Origin: Squalus acanthias
Taxonomy: Eukaryota
Direction: 5' to 3'
Length of the DNA stretch: 64,000 nucleotides
NCBI GenBank assembly: GCA_030390025.1
Contig: JASTWF010000033.1
Coordinates: 2,420,001 to 2,484,000, forward strand
Of this stretch, positions 24,338-33,480 are shown one piece after another; the stretch's first letter is position 1; each line of letters starts with the position of its first letter. A program made the position numbers and the translations under genes. A model generated the notes under the pieces. The model made no database searches. It worked only from the letters and a program-made list of their open reading frames with translations, and was not told the origin of the DNA.

Positions 24338-25572
24338 ATGAATTCAGCCATGGTAGTCCTGAGCGTCATGATTGAAGACAGCGAGAGTCACAGGGGCGAC
24401 ACCGAGGAATCGGTTATCTTCGGCTGCACCGGCGGAGACGGACCGACCGTGACCACTGGAGGTGGCTCGAAGGATGGGGCGAGCGTCTATCTCCACGAGG
24501 GAAGATGGCCTGGATGGCTGGGGTCGAATTCCACCCGGTATTCCAGCCATGACAAGTTCACCTATGGTGAAGCGTCCATCCCATGCCCGAGAATAGGGGT
24601 TACCACCTCCCGGGTTAGGGTAACAGAGGGCAAACGGGTGTGGCTTAGCTGTAGGGGACACATTCCACTGGGAAGGTGGTGGTGGCTCAGGAAACTGAGC
24701 GCGGATACAGGGGACCAGACAGCTGACTGGGAAAGACTTAGTAATGACACGTACCGGACGATCACGGGTTCTCAGGGAGGAGTAAATGTGTGTTGGGATA
24801 AGTGGTGGGAATCCGAGGAAGGGTTATATGTGTGTATGTGGGGGTCGGAAAAGATCTGCCCAGCGGATGTGTCGATGGCGTTTAGCAGGACACCGGGGGT
24901 GGGATCGGTTGGGATCGGAGTGCGGACTCCTGTGTGATCCCAAAACCCCCGATAACAATCAACGCCACAGAGCTCATCTCATACACCAGGAAGCCCCCGC
25001 CCAGAGCCCCGACAGTACAGACGGCTGTAGATGGGTGTCCCACCACCACCAGAGGTCCAGGGAATGGGTTGGTGTTAATCCCGACTGACAAAGTGTTGTT
25101 TCAGAACGTGCTCTACGCCGTGGCATGAGTGACCCTGAACCTGACTGAAGTCCATCTGCCTGTGTGGTGTCCAAGGAAGACGGAGAAGCTTTATGAAGCT
25201 CTGTTAAAAGCGATGTTACAGAATTTTTTTGAACTGGACCATGGACATGTAGAGAAAGAATAGCTTTATAATCTGAATGTTGGGGATAGTGTGGGCTCCG
25301 GGAGGCAGAGAAGAGGGACCTGGATGATTCCTTTTCTGCCGGAACATCTCACTGAGTTAATAAAGACCGTTGAACTCTCCCAGAAACATTTTTACACTTT
25401 GGAGCAAAAGACAGTAGAAGTGGGGGAGGAGATCAAGGGGATTGTCTCACCACCATGGTGGGACATCGGTCTGAGTATAGAGATTCCTCCCTGGATCCGC
25501 ATCTGTTCCCATGCATTAGTTATCATACAATTGTTGATTGTAAGCTACTTGTTGTACACCAGCTGCAGGTGA
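24338..25572 (+). pseudogene. env: env-like glycoprotein: signal-like start, Ig-like domain, F2-like segment, furin site, truncated ectodomain, TM
   Basis: Acceptor TCTGTGTCTTTTCAG at 24305-19, ATG 24338; V.EG..V.LSC...W...EGLYVC; RQRR at 25303-14; TM ALVIIQLLIVSYLLY; one frameshift and internal stops at 25126 and 25261. Confidence 0.72.
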
Positions 25573-25728
25573 TGGTTCCAGATGCTCTGAGCGCGGTGGC
25601 AAGGGGTGTTAGATCGATCCGGAAAGGTGTCATTGATTTATGTTGATGATGGTTTCTCCCTGCAAAAACTTGTAATGTACCAAGGTTCTGTAAGCAAGTG
25701 TATTGCATTCTGGTTATAGTTTTACACT

Positions 25729-26040
25729 CTGTATTGTGCGATGTGCACTGTTGCATTTTTGTAATGAGTTACCACCTGTCAATGCTGTATTGTGTGATGT
25801 GCGCTGTTGTATTTTTGTAATGTGTTACCACCTGTCAATGCTGTACTGTGTGATGTGCGCTGTTGCATTTTTGTAATGAGTTACCACCTGTCAATGCTGT
25901 ATTGTGTGATGTGCGCTGTTGTATTTTTGTAATGTGTTACCACCTGTCAATGCTGTACTGGGTGATGTGCGCTGTTGTGTTATTGTAATGTGTTACCACC
26001 TGTCAATGCTGTACTGTGTGATGTGCGCGGTGACTTTTTG
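25729..26040. repeat. 56-bp tandem repeat (~5.5 copies) in the proviral 3' UTR
   Basis: GTTACCACCTGTCAATGCTG recurs at 25768, 25824, etc. Confidence 0.92.
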
Positions 26041-26293
26041 GTAACGTCCTGTGGATCTGATTAATTTTCTGTAGTTTGACTTGAAGTTTGTCGGTGGGAG
26101 TTGGAACCCAGCCATTTGAATGTGTTCAGAAGCCGTTTCGCTGATGTTTTGAGTCGGTAGAAGGGAACTATGACACGCAGTAAGGGGGTACAGCTCTGGG
26201 GTTAAAATGTAAAATCAGGGAAACAGCTTCACTTGTGGGAGACTTTGGCCTTTGCTCTCTCATCGAGTGATGCTTTGTGGAAAGAACAGCATC

Positions 26294-26304
26294 AAACGGG
26301 GGAC
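26294..26304 (+). promoter_or_regulatory. Polypurine tract
   Basis: AAACGGGGGAC immediately before the TG of the 3' LTR. Confidence 0.7.
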
Positions 26305-26526
26305 TGAAGAGATCACAAAGTCTCTGTTTGAAGAATGGACTCAGTCGAGAATATTTTGTAGACTTTATGGGATTTTTCTGAGGGTATTTTCCCTGTGATG
26401 GGATCACCCTGTGCAGATATGTGAAAAAGTGGTTTGTTAAAACTCCAGAGAACACATGGCAGTTGGCTGTGACAAAAGAACCGTCAGTCATCCAGAATAT
26501 GCAAAAGCACTTCTCACCTCCATCTC

Positions 26527-26718
26527 GCAGAGATGCCGGCGTTGGACTGGGGTGGACAAAAAAGAGAAGTCGCGCAACACCAGGTTATAGTCCAACAGAT
26601 TTATTTAAAATTACAAGCTTTCTGAGCTATCGCCCCTTCTTCAGGTAAAGTTACAATGTTAATTTTAAATAAATCTGTTGGACTATCACCTGGGGTTGTG
26701 CGACTTCTCATTTTTGTC
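26527..26718 (-). mobile_element. Short palindromic Penelope pLTR derivative with hammerhead motif
   Basis: ~60-bp inverted arms; 12-bp TSD CACCTCCATCTC (26515-26, 26719-30); CTGAAGA...GAAAGCTT on the minus strand at 26611-26648. Confidence 0.8.
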
Positions 26719-26959
26719 CACCTCCATCTCAGAAGAGAAGCAGAACAATGAACCCACTGGCCTAGCCAACCGGAGAGGAGCCAGTTTTTCCCAACACAAA
26801 GACCGAATTATGTCCCAGACTTTGGGCTATTAGTACAATCACGGAATACTCATGGGTCTGAGGATGACCCATTACTGATTAAGCACCGGAGCGCTTAGAA
26901 ACAAAAGGATTTTAAAGATTGGCAGGAAAGATAGGGATAGCAAGACTCCTATAAAGATA

Positions 26960-27533
26960 TGATGCGGAGATGCCGGTGTTGGAAGGGGTGGACAAAAGTG
27001 AGAAGTCGCACAACACCAGGTTATAGTCCAACAGTTTTGTTTGAAATCACAAGCTTTCGGAGCGCTGCACCTTCGTCAGGTGAAGTGAAGGAATACGAAT
27101 CGGCAAAGCATATATAGACAGAGAACAATGCCTGTGTAGCGTACAATGTCAGACGACTACAGTTAATCTATCTGACTGCATTTCATCACACCTCGGCAGA
27201 GAAAGAATCAGGTCAGCCAGGAAGGCACCACATCAAAGACATAGCAAGATACAACTAAGACAATGAGGTGGGATCACAGGGGGTCTAATGTGTCAAAAGT
27301 AGTCTGTATGGAAAACCATAAACTTTAAAATGTTTACTTTTTTTTACTGGAAATCACATCTGTGAACAAGCCAACGACGACTCGAGTCTGGATGACTCTA
27401 CGTCATGTAGCATGACATGAACCCAAGATCCCGGTTGAGGCCGTCCTCATGGGTGCGGAACTTGGCTATCAGTTTCTGCTTGATGATTTTGCGTTGTCGT
27501 GTGTCTCGAAGGCCGCCTTGGAGAACGCTTCAT
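26960..27533 (-). mobile_element. 5'-truncated Penelope-like element in the LTR TATA box
   Basis: Homologous to the ORF end and pLTR of the element at 33-36 kb; TSD CTATAAA(G/C)ATA at 26949-59 and 27534-44. Confidence 0.85.
27047..27084 (-). ncRNA. Minimal type I hammerhead ribozyme (canonical core)
   Basis: TTCAC-CTGACGA-AGGTGCAGCGCTCC-GAAA-GCTT-GTGA. Confidence 0.75.
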
Positions 27534-28160
27534 CTATAAACATAGATCCTTTCCCACCATCTCTCTCTCTCTCTGTCTCTCTCTCGCCCCAAAAAGATCG
27601 ACCTAACAAGAAGTACCAGAGGAAGAAGCAGCTAAGTGGAGCGATCGAGACCGACTGTGTGCGTGTGGAGGTAAGCATGGTCTCGAGTGTCCCAAGCCGG
27701 TAAACCAGATATCCCAGGCGAGCTGGGTGATTTGTAAAGAGCTGAGAGTTTCTCAGAAGTGAAGCTTTTGGGCTATTCCGAGGGTGGAGCTTCCTTTGTT
27801 TCAGCCAGGCGAAGGGGCTTATGCGACTGGGTAATTCGTTGGTAGGGGTGGAATTAGAGTCCACCATAGCAACAAGGGAATTACTGCTTGTCATAGTCCT
27901 CAGTTTTGTACTGTATGTATGTTGTTTGTAACCTGGATTTTATTCTCCACAGAGACAGTGATTTCGTTTAGTAGTGCACGTTTTAGTGAGTATATGTTAG
28001 ACCAAATAAATATAAGTTTGATTTTTCACCGAAGCATTCCTGTCCGTGACTTATTTTATTTACACTCTGAATAAGAATTTCCGGGAATAGAACTTTCGTA
28101 AGGCGGGGGCGATTCGAACCGTCCATCTAGCTGTTGGGCTAGAATCAAAAACCGCTTACA

Positions 28161-29153
28161 TAGGGAAATGGTATTAGGGAAATTGATGGGATTGAAGGCC
28201 GATAAATCCCCAGGGTCTGATAATCTACATCCTAGGGTAGGTAAGGAAGTGGCCCAAGAAATAGTGGATGCATTGCTGGTCATCTTCCAAAATTCTATCG
28301 ACTCTGGAACAGTTCCCATGGATTGGGGATAGCTAATGTAACCCCACCAATTAAAAAAGGTGGTAGAGAGAAAATGGGGAATTATAGTCTGACATCAGTA
28401 GTGGTGAAAATGCTAGAGTCCATTATAAAAGATGTAATAGCTGAGCACTTGGAAAACAGTGACAGGATCGGACAAAGTCAACATGGATTTACAAAAGGTA
28501 ATTCATGCCTGACTAATCTACTGGAATTTTTTGAGGAGATAACTGGTAGAATAGATAAGGGAAAACCAGTGGATGTGGTGTATTTGGAATTTCAGAAGGC
28601 TTTCGATAAGGTCCCGCATAAGAGATTAGCGTGCAAAGTTAAAGCACATGGGATTGTGGGTAAGGTACTGTCTTGGATAGAAAACTGGTTGGCAGACAGG
28701 AAGCAAAGTGTTGGAATAAACGAGTCTTTTTCCGAGTGGCAGGCAGTGACTAGTGGGGTACCGCAGGGATCGGTGCTAGGACACCAGCTATTCACAATAT
28801 ATATAAATTATCTAGACGAGGGAACTAGATGTAATATCTCCAAGTTTGCAGATGACAAAAAGCTGGGTGGGAATGTGTGCTGTGAGGAGGATGCAGAGAA
28901 ACTCCAGTATGATTTGGACAGGTTGGGTGATTGGGCAGATGCATGGCAGATGCAGTATAATGTGAATAAATGCGAGGTTATCCACTTTCGTGGCAAAAAC
29001 AGGAAGACAGATTATTATCTGAATGGCAATAGATTGGGAAAAGGGGAAGGGCAACGAGTCCTGGGAGTCCTTGTGCACCAGTCGCTGAAGGTAAGCATGC
29101 AGGTGCAGCAGGCGGTTAAGAAGGCAAATGGTATGTTGGCCTTCATAGCGAGA
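28161..29153 (+). mobile_element. CR1 LINE ORF2 internal fragment
   Basis: ORF 28323..29348 with QHGF..SCLTNL, KAFDKVPH, VPQGSVLG, KFADD. Confidence 0.9.
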
Positions 29154-30324
29154 CAATTGACTGCCATTTTGGAAAATTTAAACCAAAAATGCACTTTTCT
29201 GTATCTTCTCTTTTCATTTTGTGGACTACAGAAACTGGCTTTCTATTCTGCACCTTGCCTTTTGATTTCATGCCTCGCTCTTTCACTGGCCATCTGTCTG
29301 TCTGTCTCTCACTCACACACTCTCTCTCCCATCCACAGTGAAATATAACTTACAGTGACATCATACACAGACACACACAGATTCTGCAATTTGCAGAAAC
29401 TCACACTCACACATCCAATTTGAAAAGTGTGCTGCCTGGGAGTGTCAATTTTTGATGATGTTCCTTCCTGGTTGTGCAGCCATGTTTGATGAGGACAATC
29501 AAACAGGAAGAAGTGAAGCCGAGGCCCCAGAAATCCGGGTCCCGAGAGGAAATGAAAGCCCGGGAGGGTGAAAAGCAGTAAATACAATCAGGAATAAATA
29601 ATAATATATATATTTTACTTCTGTTAATTTTATGTCTGCCTGTCTGTGGTTTGCCTGAAGTGTAATAAAATGAATGGAAAGATCGCACAGCAGCTTTTGC
29701 TCTGAAAACATCCCAAGCAGATTCCCCAATAAAGCCCAGTTCAGAAAAAAATCAAATGGATTATTCTGAAAAAACATTTAAAAAATATAATATATACATT
29801 TTCTTTAACAAATTTCTTGTCTTGTTTGAGTTGGACTGAAGGGGAGAGTAAGATCCCACAGCAGGATGTGCCATGAAACACTCCACAAACATTCCCCTAT
29901 AAAGTCCAGTCCAGAAAAATATCAAATGGCTTGATGTATATATGTAGATTTGCTTTTCACAAAATTTTTGAAAAAAAGGCAAAGTAAGATCTCACAAAAG
30001 TGCAGTCTAGCGTTAAATTGATATGATCTAATGGTCTATACTTTCTGTTTTTTTCAGCCTTGAGATGCAGTACCAGTGCTCATAGGTGATAACTTGAAAA
30101 CAGATAAGCCCTGCATACACACCAGCTTTTGCTGTCTGTCTGTCTCGCTCACTCACACACACACAGGCCAGCTTTAAAATTGTCAAAAATTACTGTCAGC
30201 AATGAAAGAAAGGGGATTTCTATCATTGTTCTGCGCTGTTTAGCAGTTTAAAAGCAAACAGACAGTTTTCAGTATTTTATCTTTTCAGTTTGTGGCCTAC
30301 AGAAACAGGCTTTCTATTCTGCAT

Positions 30325-30567
30325 CAAAAGCAAATGCTGTGGATGTGGGAAATCTGAAATAAAATCAGAAAGTTTTGGAAATACTAAGCAGGTAAGGCAG
30401 CATCTGTGGAGAGAGAAACAGAGTTAATGTTTCAGCTCACTGACCTTTTGTCAGATTCTGCCAATGTTCTGACAAAAGTTCATCGAGCTGAAACATTTAC
30501 TCTGTTTCTCTGTATCGTCACTGATGCTGCCTAACATACTGAGTATTTCCAGCATTTTCTGTTTTTA
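30325..30567. mobile_element. Palindromic Penelope-derived short element with degenerate back-to-back hammerhead motifs (paralogous copy at ~36835-37080)
   Basis: Inverted arms around TTCTGAC.AAA.GTCATCGAGCTGAAAC; 14-bp TSD TTTCTATTCTGCAT (30311-24, 30568-81). Confidence 0.7.
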
Positions 30568-31970
30568 TTTCTATTCTGCATGTTGTCTTGATTTCATGTG
30601 TCTCTCTCACTGCCTGCCAGCCTGCCTGCCTTGTCTTGATTTGAGTAGTGTGGAATAAAAACAATGCATGATCCCAGAGCAGCTTTTATTGTCAGACAGT
30701 CCACAAAGACATTTTTCAGTATCTCACTGACTGACTGTCTGTCTTGAAGTGAAATGAAATGAAATAAAGTGCAATAAAGTGATACACAACAGCATTACAT
30801 GTGGACCAGGCCAGAATGAAATCAATAGGGTTTAATACAACAACAGCAGGTAATAAGACATCAGACCACATCTCACACAAACACCAGCTTTTGCCCTCTC
30901 TCTCTCTCTCACACACACAGACACTCACAGCCTGGCCAGCCTGCAGAGGGATGACTGCCGTGTTGGAAGATTAAAACCAAAAAGACTCTTTTCTGTATCT
31001 TATCATTTCACTTTGTGGCCTACAGAAATAGGCTTTCTATTCTTCATCTTTCCTGTTGATTTCATGTCTCTCTCGCTCTCACTGACTGTCTGTCTGTCTG
31101 CCACTCACACAGTCTCCCTCCCAACCACATTGAAATAAAATTTACAGTAACATCACTCACCCTCACACAGACTCTGCAATTGGCAGACACACAGACACCC
31201 ACGCACATACATACACCCTCACATAGACTGCAATTTGCAGAAAATCGCACACAGACAATTATTTTGAAAGATGCGGAGCCTGGGAGTGTCAATTTTTGAT
31301 GATGTCCCTTCCTGGCTGTGCGGCCATGTTTGATGAGCACAATCCAACAGGAAGATGTGAAGCCGAGTCCCCAGAAATCCGGGTCACCGAGAGGAAATGA
31401 AAGCCCGGGAAGGTGAAAAGAAGTAAATACAATCAGGAGTAAATAATAATATATATATTTTAATTCTGTTAACTAAATGTCTGCCTGTCTGTGGTTTGCC
31501 TGGAGTGTAATAAAATGAATGGAAAGATCGCACAGCAGTTTTTGCTCTGAAAACATCCCAAGCACATTCCCCAATAAAGCCCAGTCCAGAAAAAAATCAA
31601 ATGGATTATTCTGAAAATAATTTAAAAAATATTATATAGATATATTTTTTTAAAGGGGCTCATCTTGTTTGGGTTGGGCTGAAGGTGAGAGTAAGATCCC
31701 ACAACAGGATGTGCCATGAAACATTCCACAAACATTCCCCAATAAAGTCCAGACCAGAAAAATATCAAATGGCTTGATATATATATGGAAATTTGCTTTT
31801 TACAAAATTCTTGAAAGAAAGGCAAAGTAAGATACCACAGCAGCACAGTCTGGAATTAAATCAGTATGATATAATGGTATAGACTTTCAGTTTTTTTCAG
31901 ACATGAGATGCAGTACCAATGCACATGGCAGATAACTTGAAAGGTCGCACAACACCAGGTTATAGTCCAA

Positions 31971-32715
31971 GGGGGAAAAATTCAGCTGCTTGCGCCTCCC
32001 GTTAGCGCCTTAAGAGGGCGCTAATGGGGCGTAAAGCAGCTAACGCCCGGGCGCAGCGCCGCCCACGCCTCCCGAAAAATTTAGTGGGAGGTTAGCGGCG
32101 GCGGCAGCCGGTAGCGCCCTGTGGCGCTGCGCCGCCGGCGATGACGTCATCGCTGTGCGCAGCACCCCGCTCGCGCCCCGGCCGTGATCTTCAGTCGCGC
32201 CCCCTGATTTACCGCCAGACGCTATGTCCGACGGGTTCAGGGAGGCGTACGTGCGGCCGGGGCGGCGATATTTAAAGAGGAGGTGGCAGGCGGCCATTTT
32301 TGTTGCTGGCCGCCTGCCAGCACCTGCCCCCGTTGCTGTCCCCGGCCCCCGTGAAGCCCCCCCACCGTGAAGTGCCGGCTGCGCTCCAAGAGCCCGGCAC
32401 TTCTCTTGAGTGCCGGGCTCTTTTGCCGGCACTCCCAATCCCTGGGGGCCCAGCTGGGCCCCGGTTCGCGCTGCGCAGGGTCCCTCCCCTTTAAGAAGGG
32501 GAGGAAGGCCTGCAATACCGCGGCGTGACGTGCCGCAGCGCCTTCACTCGCAGCGCCCCAAGAGGGATGCGGGGTGCTTCCAGTGGCGCCCCGCTTCCCT
32601 CTTGGGGCGCAACCACTGAAGTTCCGGTGCGGGGCCGCTAATTTTTTCAGGGCGCTAAAAGTCGCGCCCCGGCGAGGTTAGCGCCCCAAATGGGGCGCGA
32701 CTCAATTTTTACCCC
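31971..32715. mobile_element. GC/CpG-rich PIF/Harbinger-like MITE nested in the inverted pLTR
   Basis: TIRs GGGGGAAAAATTCAG / CTCAATTTTTACCCC; 3-bp TSD CAA splitting TATAGTCCAACAG. Confidence 0.85.
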
Positions 32716-33355
32716 CAACAGTTTTATTTTAAATCACAAGCTTTCGGAGTTACAACTCCTTCATCGGGTGAAGTGAGGAGATACAGAATCTTCAAAGCAT
32801 ATATAGATAGAGAACAATGCATGTGTAACTTACAATTGCAGACAACTGAATTCAAACATCCCAGTCGGGGAACACTTCAGCAGTCAAGGACATTCAGCAT
32901 CGGATCTGCGGGTAAGCGTTCTCCAAGGCGGCCTTAGGAAAACACGACAGCGCAAAATCATTGAGCAGAAACTGATAGCCAAGTTCCGCACTCATGAAGA
33001 CGGTCTCAATCGGGATCTTGGGTTTATGTCACGATACATGACGTGATCCGGACTCGAGTCGTCGTTGGCTTGTTCACAGATGTGATTCCCAGTAAAAAAG
33101 TAAAAATTTTAAAGTTAATCGTTTTACATACAGACGGCAGCTTTTGACACGTTAGACCCCATGCGATTCCACCTCATTGCCTCAGTTGTATCTTGCTATG
33201 TCTTTGATGTGGTACCTTCCTGGCTGACCTGATTAACTTTATCACACCTCGGCAGATAAACAGTCAGGATGATTGAATTCAGTTGTCTGCAATTGTAAGT
33301 TACACATGCATTGTTCTCTATCTATATATGCTTTGACGATTCTGTATCTCCTCAC

Positions 33356-33394
33356 TTCACCCGACGAAGGAGTTGTAACTCCGAAAGCTTGTGA
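33356..33394 (+). ncRNA. Minimal hammerhead ribozyme in pLTR (core variant CCGACGA); further copies at 36469-36507 (+) and 32734-32772 (-)
   Basis: TTCAC-CCGACGA-AGGAGTTGTAACTCC-GAAA-GCTT-GTGA. Confidence 0.72.
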
Positions 33395-33480
33395 TTTAAA
33401 ATAAAACTGTTGGACTATAACCTGGTGTTGTGCGACCTCTCAATTTTGTCCACCCAGTCCAACACCGGCATCTCCGCATC

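Larger units (their letters stand above)
16062..28160 (+). mobile_element. Decayed endogenous retrovirus-like provirus, lokiretrovirus-like
   Basis: LTR-PBS-gag-pro-RT-tether-RNase H-IN-env-PPT-LTR order; multiple stops and frameshifts; CR1 and Penelope insertions. Confidence 0.85.
26305..28160 (+). repeat. 3' LTR with two Penelope-derived insertions
   Basis: TGAAGAGATC...CTTACA matches the 5' LTR once 26527-26730 and 26960-27544 are removed. Confidence 0.92.

Noticed and set aside
24611..24845. Host antigen-receptor V gene segment
   Set aside because: Lies inside the provirus after the env splice acceptor, with no leader intron or RSS.
29334..29365. CACAGTG heptamer (V(D)J recombination signal)
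   Set aside because: No nonamer at 12- or 23-bp spacing and no V/J segment nearby.
29488..29580. Short ORF MRTIKQEEVK... or C/D snoRNA in the 1.8-kb unit
   Set aside because: The frame is broken in the second copy and there is no properly placed D box or terminal stem.
33430..33480. GTG-initiated N-terminal extension of the Penelope ORF
   Set aside because: It lies within the pLTR and the other pLTR copy has a 1-bp indel here; ATG 33481 is the plausible start.
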